Of a stretch of DNA of 64,000 bases, positions 34,312 through 41,958 are shown piece by piece (position 1 is the stretch's first letter; every line of letters starts with the position of its first letter). This stretch comes from an uncultured Thermoanaerobaculia bacterium (lineage in GTDB: Bacteria > Acidobacteriota > Thermoanaerobaculia > Thermoanaerobaculales > Sulfomarinibacteraceae), in NCBI GenBank assembly GCA_964609835.1, contig CAZSTH010000001.1, positions 34,087 to 98,086 of the forward strand, written 5' to 3'. Made by a program: the position numbers and the translations under genes. The notes beneath the pieces were generated by a model. The model was not told where the DNA came from and made no database searches. It saw nothing but the letters and a program-made list of their open reading frames with translations.

Positions 34312-35664
34312 CTACTCCGGTGTTCCGAGATACCCGAGCAGCAGCTCCTTCTTGTCAGCCATCAGCCCGGCGGTCCGCGCCTCCAGCACCAGCCGCAGCA
34401 GCGGCTCGGTGTTGGACGGACGGACGTTGAACCACCAGTCGTCGTACTGCACGGTGATGCCGTCGAGATCGTCGATCCGGCCGTCCGAAAAGACCTCGCC
34501 GAGCCGGCGGATCATGCCCTCCTTGTCATCGACGTGGAAGTTGATCTCGCCGGTTGCGTGGTACCGCTCGAGCGGCGCCACCAGCTCGGACAGCGGTTGG
34601 CCGGTCTCGCGAATGTGGTTGAGAACCTCGATCACGGTCATGATCGACGAGTCCGTCGTGTAGTTTCGGCGGAAGTAGAAGTGGCCGGCAAGTTCGCCGC
34701 CGAACGGGGAGTCGTGCTCGCGCATGGTCGCCTTCATGAAGGAGTGGCCGACGCGCTCCCGCACCGGCACGCCGCCCGCTTCCTCGATCGCCTCCTTGGT
34801 GGCCCACGACGAACGCAGGTCGTAGATGATCGAGGCACCGGGCTCGTCGCGCAGGAAACGAGGCGCCAGCAGGCCCGTGATCTTGTCCGCCGAGATCGCC
34901 CGCCCACGCTCGTCGATCAGGATCGCGCGGTCGGCATCACCGTCGAACGCCACCCCGAGATCGCAGCCGTTCTCCTTGACCGCGATCTCGACGTCGACCA
35001 GATTCTCGGCCTTCAGCGGATTGGCCTCGTGGTTGGGAAAGCTGCCGTCGAGCTCGAAGTAGAGCGGCACCAGATCGACGTTCAGGCGCTCGAGGATCGG
35101 CAGGTAGATTGTGGCCATGCCATTGGCGGCGTCGGCCGCCAGCTTGACCCGAGGATCCTCGTCCATCAGCTGGTCGAGGACGTGCTCTGAGTACTCCTCG
35201 AAGACCGAGCGCTCCTCCTCCCCCGCCTGGGGCGGCAGATCGGTCGCGATGTCAGACGCCGTCACCAGCCGTTCGAGCTCGGCGATGCCGGTGTCGTAGG
35301 AGACCGGGATCGCCTCCCGGCGCGAAATCTTGAACCCGTTGTAGGCCGAAGGGTTGTGGCTCGCCGTGACCTGGATGCCGCCGGAGGCGCCGAGGTGGCC
35401 GGTGGCGAAGTAGTTCTGCGGCGTGTCGGCGACGCCGATGTCGATGACCGCGATGCCGCGCGCCCGGAGCCCGTCCTTGAGCGCTCGCGACAGCGGTATC
35501 GAGTGTGGCCGCATATCGCGCGACACAACGACCATCGGCCCACACGCCAGATCGAGCTCGTCCAGAAGGTCGCGGAAGTGGTACCCGATGCGGAAGGCAA
35601 TCGCCTCGTTGACCTGGTCGGGGTAGGTGCCGCGGATGTCGTAGGCCTTGAAGATCCCTGCCAT
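34312..35664 (-). CDS. phosphomannomutase/phosphoglucomutase
   Basis: FKAYDIRG, TASHNPSAYNGFK (catalytic Ser loop), GVAFDGDADR, GGELAGH. Confidence 0.9.
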   Translation of the reverse strand: MAGIFKAYDIRGTYPDQVNEAIAFRIGYHFRDLLDELDLACGPMVVVSRDMRPHSIPLSRALKDGLRARGIAVIDIGVADTPQNYFATGHLGASGGIQVTASHNPSAYNGFKISRREAIPVSYDTGIAELERLVTASDIATDLPPQAGEEERSVFEEYSEHVLDQLMDEDPRVKLAADAANGMATIYLPILERLNVDLVPLYFELDGSFPNHEANPLKAENLVDVEIAVKENGCDLGVAFDGDADRAILIDERGRAISADKITGLLAPRFLRDEPGASIIYDLRSSWATKEAIEEAGGVPVRERVGHSFMKATMREHDSPFGGELAGHFYFRRNYTTDSSIMTVIEVLNHIRETGQPLSELVAPLERYHATGEINFHVDDKEGMIRRLGEVFSDGRIDDLDGITVQYDDWWFNVRPSNTEPLLRLVLEARTAGLMADKKELLLGYLGTPE

Positions 35665-35722
35665 GATCTCTCCTTCGAAGTCTATGTCGTGCGCAGCGCG
35701 CGCAAAAGGCTACCACTTCTTC

Positions 35723-35770
35723 CCGCGTTTCAGGGCGGGTCGCCCCGAACCGGTCTGTCCTGAAACGCGG
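35723..35770. repeat. 12-bp inverted repeat CCGCGTTTCAGG / CCTGAAACGCGG separated by 24 nt
   Basis: Perfect arms at 35723..35734 and 35759..35770 in the PMM/SRAP divergent intergenic region. A third CGTTTCAG copy lies about 60 nt further on. Confidence 0.6.
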
Positions 35771-35885
35771 AGAATCGAATCGAAGCTCCCACGGTCCTCG
35801 AAATGATATCCGAGTCGGCGGCGGCGGGCGTTTCAGCGGGCGACTCTCGAGACCGGGAACGGGAGCGGAAACCGAACCGATCACG

Positions 35886-35906
35886 GGAGAGGCTACAATC
35901 CTCTCC
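35886..35906 (+). promoter_or_regulatory. -10 box TACAAT enclosed by a perfect 7-bp palindrome, abutting the SRAP start codon
   Basis: GGAGAGG-cTACAAT-CCTCTCC, then ATG 35907. The -10 box is at 35894..35899, 7 nt from the ATG, with no SD. Confidence 0.45.
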
Positions 35907-36572
35907 ATGTGCGGGCGTTTCGCGCTCATCGTGGATGCGTCGGTGCTGGCAGAGGTCTTCGAGGTCGAACCGCCGGACCTGCTGCGGCCGCGCTTCAACA
36001 TCGCGCCGACCCAGACCGTGCCGGTCGTCCGCGCCGGGCGGGAGGCCCCGCGCGAGCTGGCCGAAGTGCGCTGGGGCCTCGTCCCCTCGTGGGCGAAGGA
36101 CGAGAAAATCGGGGCGCGGATGATCAATGCCCGAGGCGAGACCGTCGCCGAAAAACCCTCGTTTCGGTCGGCTGCGAAGGGCCGGCGCTGCCTGGTACCG
36201 GCCAGCGGATTCTACGAGTGGGCGGAGACCGGCGGCGGCAAGCAGCCCCACTTCATCCACTTCGCCGACGCGCGGCCGTTCGCCTTCGCGGGCCTGTGGG
36301 AGCGTTGGCACAAGGGCGGCTGCGCACCGCTCGAAACCTTCACGATCATCACCACGACGCCCAACTCCGTGGTGGCGGAGATTCACGACCGCATGCCGGT
36401 CATCCTCCGCGCCGAGACCTGGGACGAGTGGCTCGCGCCCGCGCCGCTGCCGGACGAGCGGCTCGCCGAGCTGTTGGCCCCACACCCCCCCGAGGGCATG
36501 GAGGCTTACCCCGTCAGCCGTCACGTCAACAGCCCGCGCAACGACGACCCGGAGTGCATCGCGCGGGTGTGA
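35907..36572 (+). CDS. SOS-response-associated peptidase (SRAP/YedK family)
   Basis: MCGRFAL (catalytic Cys2), RFNIAPTQ, FYEW, and the FAGLWE pattern. Confidence 0.9.
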   Translation: MCGRFALIVDASVLAEVFEVEPPDLLRPRFNIAPTQTVPVVRAGREAPRELAEVRWGLVPSWAKDEKIGARMINARGETVAEKPSFRSAAKGRRCLVPASGFYEWAETGGGKQPHFIHFADARPFAFAGLWERWHKGGCAPLETFTIITTTPNSVVAEIHDRMPVILRAETWDEWLAPAPLPDERLAELLAPHPPEGMEAYPVSRHVNSPRNDDPECIARV

Positions 36573-36626
36573 CCCGACATCCGCCTCGATGTCGCCGAAG
36601 CGGACTTCGGGACGACAAGCCGTGCG

Positions 36627-36632
36627 TATAAT
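36627..36632 (+). promoter_or_regulatory. putative -10 box TATAAT upstream of the GYF/AIM24 gene
   Basis: A perfect TATAAT lies 28 nt before ATG 36661, with a GGAGG SD at 36652..36656. Confidence 0.4.
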
Positions 36633-36660
36633 CACGTGAAGCCCGAATTCTGGAGGTTCC

Positions 36661-37671
36661 ATGAGTGACCGAATGTGGTACGTGGCCGTTGACGGACAGT
36701 CGATCGGACCCATGAGCGAGGCGGAGTTGGTGGACGCCCTGCAAGCGGGCTCCTACGCCCCTGACGTCCAGGTGTACTGCCAGGGCGTGACCGAGTGGGC
36801 AGCGGCCAACACGGTGCCGGCGCTCTCCGAGCACTCCCCACCGCCGCCACCGCCCACCGCCCGCAGAGGCTCGACCGCCGACGAGGTGGACTTCGAGATC
36901 CACGGCGAGGAGATGCAGTTCGTCGAGGTCGAGCTCGATCCGGGCGAGAGCGTGGTCGCCGAGGCCGGCGCCATGATGTACATGGGCGAGGGCATCGAGA
37001 TGGAGACTATCTTCGGCGACGGGGCGAAGCAGAACAGCTCTTTCGTCGACATGCTGGTCGGCGCCGGCAAGCGGGTACTCACCGGCGAGAGCCTGTTCAT
37101 GACGATCTTCGGCCACCGCGGCACCGGCAAGAGCCGGGTCGCCTTCGCCTCGCCGTATCCCGGGAAGATCATCCCAGTCAACCTCGCCCTCCACGGCAAT
37201 CAGATCATCTGCCAGAAGGACGCCTTCCTGTGCGCCGCCAAGGGGGTGTCGGTGAGCATCGCGTTCCAGAAACGGATCGGCACCGCGCTGTTCGGCGGCG
37301 AGGGCTTCATCATGCAGAAGCTCGAGGGCGACGGGCTGGCGTTCGTGCACGCAGGCGGCACCATCATCGAGCGTAAGCTCGGGCCGGGAGAGAGGCTGCG
37401 GGTCGATACCGGGTGCCTGGTGGCGTTGGAGTCGTCGGTCGACTACGACATCGAGTTCGTCCGCAGCGTCAAGTCCGCCATCTTCGGCGGCGAGGGCTTC
37501 TTCTTCGCCCGCCTGCAGGGCGCCGGCAAGGTCTGGCTGCAGTCGCTGCCATTCTCGCGCCTGGCCGGCCGCATCTGGCAGGCGGCACCGCAGACCGGCG
37601 GCCGCACCAAGGGCGAGGGCTCGGTCCTCGGCAAGATGGGCGGTATCGGCGGCTTCTTCGACGGCAGTTAA
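36661..37671 (+). CDS. GYF_2 (DUF4339)-domain / TIGR00266 (AIM24-like) fusion protein
   Basis: The N-terminal [22 protein letters not shown]...[12 protein letters not shown] resembles GYF_2. After a Pro-rich linker, [20 protein letters not shown]...[21 protein letters not shown]...[10 protein letters not shown] resembles AIM24/TIGR00266. Confidence 0.75.
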   Translation: MSDRMWYVAVDGQSIGPMSEAELVDALQAGSYAPDVQVYCQGVTEWAAANTVPALSEHSPPPPPPTARRGSTADEVDFEIHGEEMQFVEVELDPGESVVAEAGAMMYMGEGIEMETIFGDGAKQNSSFVDMLVGAGKRVLTGESLFMTIFGHRGTGKSRVAFASPYPGKIIPVNLALHGNQIICQKDAFLCAAKGVSVSIAFQKRIGTALFGGEGFIMQKLEGDGLAFVHAGGTIIERKLGPGERLRVDTGCLVALESSVDYDIEFVRSVKSAIFGGEGFFFARLQGAGKVWLQSLPFSRLAGRIWQAAPQTGGRTKGEGSVLGKMGGIGGFFDGS

Positions 37672-37714
37672 CCCCTTTCCCGATGTCGTGCCGGCCGGCA
37701 CGGCATCGGGAGCC

Positions 37715-40561
37715 TCAGTCCCCAATCACCCGCGCCGCGAATGCGTCGAGGACCCGCAGGTACGGCTCGATGGACGGGATGAAGTGCCGTTCCTCGGCGG
37801 AGTGCGGCCCGATGCCGGTCTGGCCCCACACCACCTGATGGCCGCCGGGCGCGAAGCGCGCCGACGACCCGGGCTTCTTCCGTCCGAGCACCGCAGGCGC
37901 CCCCGAAACCTCTTCCACCGCCGCCGCCAGCGTCTGGAGCAGGGCATTGTCGGCGGGGCAGCTGACGCCAGGCTCCATCAGCGCGACGTCGAGCTCGAGG
38001 CCGAGCTCGGTGCACAGCCGCCCGGTGGCGGCGACCAGGCCGTCGAGGTCGTCGCCCGGGATCGGGCGGATCTCGAGGCCGAGCGTGCCGAGCGACGCGG
38101 TGATGTTGAACACGCCGGCTTCCCCGACGTTGAGGAACGGCAGCCGCGCGGTGGTCTCCCAGCCGTCGGCGCTGGTCAGCGTCAGGTGCCGCCTGAAGAG
38201 CGCCTTGAGAGCCGACTGGATCTCCACCAGCGAGTCGAGGAGGTCGGCCGGACTGCCGCTGGTGCCGGTGTGCCCGGCGATCCCACGCGCGGTCACCGTC
38301 GCGCGCAGGATACCGCGGCTCTCGGGACAAACCTCGCCGAACAGCTCGTCGCCACGCTCGCCCGTCCGCTCGCCCACCACCATCAGCGCCGGCTGCCAGC
38401 CGCTCTCGCGATGCAGGGTCTCGAGAACGTGCGGGGTCCCGAAGGGGTCGCTTTCGCCATTTTCCTCGTTGCCGACCAGGAGCAGATTGAACGGCGGGTA
38501 GGGCGGGCCCTTGGCGGCCTGCTCACCCATCCACACCATGCAGCTTGCTACCACCGTCTTCATGTCGGCGGAACCGCGGCCCCACAGGTATTCACCTTCG
38601 ATCCGCGGCTCGAACTGGCCGTCATCCGGATCCGGGCGCACGACGTCGAAGTGCCCGGAGAGCGTGACCGCAGCCGGCCGGGCGTCGCGAAAACCGGCGA
38701 GCACCGCGGGGTAGCGCCCGCGATCGAAGAGACGAACCTCGAGACCGGCCGAGGCGAGCTGGTTGGCGATGAACCCGGCGCACGAGAAAACCTGTTCGAC
38801 CCGCTCGTCAGGGCAATTGGTGACCGATGGGATGCGCACGAGGCTGGCGGCCAGCCGCAGCACGTCGGCGGTGCGGTCGTCAACGCAGCCCGCCCGAGCC
38901 AGCTCTCGCGTCGGCCCCAGCCGCACCGGCATCGCCGGCCGCTCTTCCGCCAGCCGGCCGAGGCCGGAGACCAGTGGTGCCAGCTTGGACCAGTCGCGCC
39001 CGTACGAGGACGCTTCGGAGGCGATGTCATTGATCTCCTCTGAGAGGCGCCGCCGACGCTGCTCGAACCAGGTCTCGAGTAGCTCCGGAGGGACTACGAG
39101 CGCTCCTGACGGCGCCGTGCGCGGAGCCTTTCCCAACTCGTCGAGCAGCCAGCGCCGCAGCGCGTTTGCCGGGTTCTGGCCGCCGCCGGCCATCTCCCGC
39201 AGCGGCTCCAGCAGGTCGCCCGCGTCGAGCGCCTCCGCCAGCGGCCGGACGTCCTCGAGGAGTTCGGCCAGGAACTCGCGGGTGGCCAGACGGTGGCCGC
39301 GGATGGGATGCTCGATCTTTGCCTCCAACCCGTGGACCGCCGCGGCGACTTCATTGGCCCGCGCACGATCGACGTCGGCCGCGCCGTACGCGTAGCCCTC
39401 CCCGTACGACGGGTCGGCGTAGATTCGCAGCATCAGGAGGTCCTTGAACAGGACCTTTGCGATCGACAGTGGGAGGTCGTCGCCTCCCTCGTCGGTACGG
39501 ACCTCGACCCGGTTCATGGCGAGATCGACCCGGGCGCAGAGGTTCTCCACCACGAGAGCCTGCTCGGCGTCTTCGAGGGTGCCGTGCTCTCCGATCGAGT
39601 AGATGCCGCGCGAGTAAAGCTCGCGCAGTTGTTCGCTGGTGGCCATGATGTTGCGGCGGACCGGGTCGACGTCCGACCGCGCCCGCACCGGGGTCCAGTT
39701 ATTGGCGCCGAACCGGACCCCGGACCGCACCAACCGGTAGGAGATCTCGAGGTAGTCGGCGTGGCTCGCGTAGAGCCCGGGGACGTCGAGCTGCTCGGGG
39801 TTGGGGAACGACAACAGCCGGCAGGAATCGTGATCGGTGAGCACGACCTCGCAGCGCCCCTCGACCTCTTCGGTAGCCAGCGGCGATGCGGCGCTGACCG
39901 CGATGAACGCGGGGCACAGGGGCCGCAGCAGGCGCGTCGCCCGGACAATCGCCCGGTTCCGGTGATCCTCCAGCGTGCGTCCCCTGCGCTCGGACGCGGG
40001 CAGATGGAAAAAGTCCCAGGACAGCATCGCCTCCGGGTAGCTGTGGTTGGTGTGGATGCCGGCGGTGGCGAGGCGTTTTCCGAATAGCTGCACGCAGCGG
40101 CCCAGATAGCGGCGCCGGGCCAGGTTCCACCCGTCAGGAATGCTGTCGGCACCGACCCGGACCCGGTACGGAATGTTGCCGTGGAGCGCGATCAGCGCGA
40201 CTCCGTAGGCGCGGCCGACGCCGGCGAGCACGTCCATCAGGATCCCCTCCAGGACCCGTGACTGCGCGGCGGTCGAGCGTGCGGAGTAGCACGGCGCGGT
40301 GGTCAGCTCGGTCATCCAATTGAAGACCTCGAGCTGGAAGTGATCGCGCGCCCACTCGGGGAGGGCCTCAGCGAAGAGATAGTCTGCGAACGACCTGCGC
40401 TCGGGACCGTAGCCCACGTGCCCCATCGGCGCGAGGTCGCGTCCGAGAACGTTGAACTCCACCTCGAGACCTGACGTGCCGCCGCGCGGATCCCCCTGTT
40501 GCGAGTTCTCCAGCGCCAGCCGGACCTTGTCCGCGAACCGTGACCAGTCGCTCAGGCGCAC
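37715..40561 (-). CDS. fusion protein: glutamate-cysteine-ligase-like carboxylate-amine ligase (N) :: M20-family metallopeptidase/deacylase (C)
   Basis: N-terminal ~560 aa: GLEVEFNVL, AGIHTNHS, NRVEVRTDEGG, matching the GCL/GS-fold ligase pattern. C-terminal ~380 aa: LSGHFDVV, WGRGSADMK, LLLVGNEENGE, matching M20 ArgE/DapE/CPG2 motifs. Confidence 0.8.
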   Translation of the reverse strand: MRLSDWSRFADKVRLALENSQQGDPRGGTSGLEVEFNVLGRDLAPMGHVGYGPERRSFADYLFAEALPEWARDHFQLEVFNWMTELTTAPCYSARSTAAQSRVLEGILMDVLAGVGRAYGVALIALHGNIPYRVRVGADSIPDGWNLARRRYLGRCVQLFGKRLATAGIHTNHSYPEAMLSWDFFHLPASERRGRTLEDHRNRAIVRATRLLRPLCPAFIAVSAASPLATEEVEGRCEVVLTDHDSCRLLSFPNPEQLDVPGLYASHADYLEISYRLVRSGVRFGANNWTPVRARSDVDPVRRNIMATSEQLRELYSRGIYSIGEHGTLEDAEQALVVENLCARVDLAMNRVEVRTDEGGDDLPLSIAKVLFKDLLMLRIYADPSYGEGYAYGAADVDRARANEVAAAVHGLEAKIEHPIRGHRLATREFLAELLEDVRPLAEALDAGDLLEPLREMAGGGQNPANALRRWLLDELGKAPRTAPSGALVVPPELLETWFEQRRRRLSEEINDIASEASSYGRDWSKLAPLVSGLGRLAEERPAMPVRLGPTRELARAGCVDDRTADVLRLAASLVRIPSVTNCPDERVEQVFSCAGFIANQLASAGLEVRLFDRGRYPAVLAGFRDARPAAVTLSGHFDVVRPDPDDGQFEPRIEGEYLWGRGSADMKTVVASCMVWMGEQAAKGPPYPPFNLLLVGNEENGESDPFGTPHVLETLHRESGWQPALMVVGERTGERGDELFGEVCPESRGILRATVTARGIAGHTGTSGSPADLLDSLVEIQSALKALFRRHLTLTSADGWETTARLPFLNVGEAGVFNITASLGTLGLEIRPIPGDDLDGLVAATGRLCTELGLELDVALMEPGVSCPADNALLQTLAAAVEEVSGAPAVLGRKKPGSSARFAPGGHQVVWGQTGIGPHSAEERHFIPSIEPYLRVLDAFAARVIGD

Positions 40562-40586
40562 GCCGCCACCTCCCGGCCCGAACCGA

Positions 40587-41876
40587 TCACAGCGATGACA
40601 GCGCCCCCCACAGCCGGTCGAGGGCGGCGCTCGTGGTCTCGGGCGCCAGAGCGTACGAGAAGCGGATCCAGCGGGCTCCGAACTCGGAGAAGTACGCCCC
40701 GGGGACGACCGCGATCCCGTGCCGCTCTGCCAGCAGCGAGCCGAGCGACGCGGTGTCCTCGAGTTCGGCCCGCTCGAGCCACGGACTCATGTCGAGGAAG
40801 GCGTAGTAGCCCTTGCCGAGGATGTGCCCGATGCCGTGCCCATCCAGGAACGCCGCCACCAGCTCGCGGCTGGCGTTGGTCGGCGCCACGATCTCTGCCG
40901 CTACCGTGTCGAATCCCTCGCGATAAGCCGAGATCGCAACCGCCTGGCTGTGGAAAGAGGGAATCACCGCGTGGGACGCACGGCTCTGGATGAACTTGAT
41001 GATCTTCTCCGACGCCAGCAGGTGCGCGTTGCGGATGTTCGAGGCCCCGAGCGACTTGGTGATGCCGTCGAGGAAAATGCAGCGCTCGCGCTCCTCCGGG
41101 TCGAGGGAGCGCAGGAAGGAGTTGAGGTCGTGCGGCTCCTCGTCCGTCACCCGGTGGTAGATCCAGTCGAAGAGGACATAGGGAATGCCCGCTGCAAACG
41201 CGGCACGGGCGATGGCGATCTGCTGCTCGGGCTCGAGGCTGCGGCCGGTCGGGTTGTCTGGGCTGGTCACCACCAGCAGTGCAAGGCGGCGGCCCTCCAG
41301 ACCGGCTGCGAAGTCGGCGCAAGCGGCGACGCCGTCCGCCGTCAGGACCCACGCGTCCGACTCCTCGCCGGGAGCGAGCATGACGTTGGCGCCGACCGCG
41401 TAGGGACCCCAGTTGTACGAGATCCACGGCACCCGGGAGGCGACCACGAAGTCGCCCCACCGCCCGTGGCCGAGAAACTGGACGGCGTCGTAGGCTTTGA
41501 CGAGGGCATCACGGCCTCCCTGGCACGCGATGACGTTGCCGGGGCCCCACCCCGTGGCGGAGTCGAGGCCCCAGTAGTCCTCCACCACCGCCCGTCGGAA
41601 CTCGGGCGTCCCGAACGGCTTGTCATAGCCGGTGCCGTGCTCGATCTGGAGCTGGTGGGCCATCCCGAGGAGTCTGGCCGGAACCCCGGGCAGGCTCTGG
41701 CCGCCATCGCCCTGGCTTGCGTCGAAGACGGTCCCCTGCGGGTCGCGATCGAGGTAGACCTTCAGGGCCTCGTTGATCTCGAACATTCGACTCCCGGGAA
41801 TCGCGAGCATCCGCGACGGGCTCGAGTCGACCGCGATCAGCTGTTCCGGCCCCACCACCAGCTTCGGATCTCCCAT
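40587..41876 (-). CDS. class I/II PLP-dependent aminotransferase
   Basis: TSPDNPTG, FDWIYH, GITKSLGASNIR (PLP Lys), IRFSYA. Start trimmed to ATG 41876 with a GGAAGGAAG SD. Lies 25 nt upstream of the fusion gene. Confidence 0.85.
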   Translation of the reverse strand: MGDPKLVVGPEQLIAVDSSPSRMLAIPGSRMFEINEALKVYLDRDPQGTVFDASQGDGGQSLPGVPARLLGMAHQLQIEHGTGYDKPFGTPEFRRAVVEDYWGLDSATGWGPGNVIACQGGRDALVKAYDAVQFLGHGRWGDFVVASRVPWISYNWGPYAVGANVMLAPGEESDAWVLTADGVAACADFAAGLEGRRLALLVVTSPDNPTGRSLEPEQQIAIARAAFAAGIPYVLFDWIYHRVTDEEPHDLNSFLRSLDPEERERCIFLDGITKSLGASNIRNAHLLASEKIIKFIQSRASHAVIPSFHSQAVAISAYREGFDTVAAEIVAPTNASRELVAAFLDGHGIGHILGKGYYAFLDMSPWLERAELEDTASLGSLLAERHGIAVVPGAYFSEFGARWIRFSYALAPETTSAALDRLWGALSSL

Positions 41877-41958
41877 GGCCACTTCCTTCCGGCCGGCGCG
41901 TCCCGGCGCGGCGCCATTGTGCCAAAATTCGGCGGCGCCCCCGGTGATCCCGCCGGTT

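Noticed and set aside
36306-36320. TGGCAC-N5-CGGC inside the SRAP coding region, and TGGCAC-N5-ACGC on the minus strand near 1021..1035
   Set aside because: The GG/GC spacing is correct, but TTGC is missing. Both are intragenic and far from any start codon, and partial matches like these are to be expected by chance.
41916-41931. TTGGCACAATGGCGCC upstream of the aminotransferase gene, which looked like a sigma-54 -24/-12 promoter
   Set aside because: GG and GC are separated by 9 nt rather than 10, and there is no TTGC. The CACAAT inside it fits the local -10 consensus better, so I read it as a sigma-70-type -10 box.
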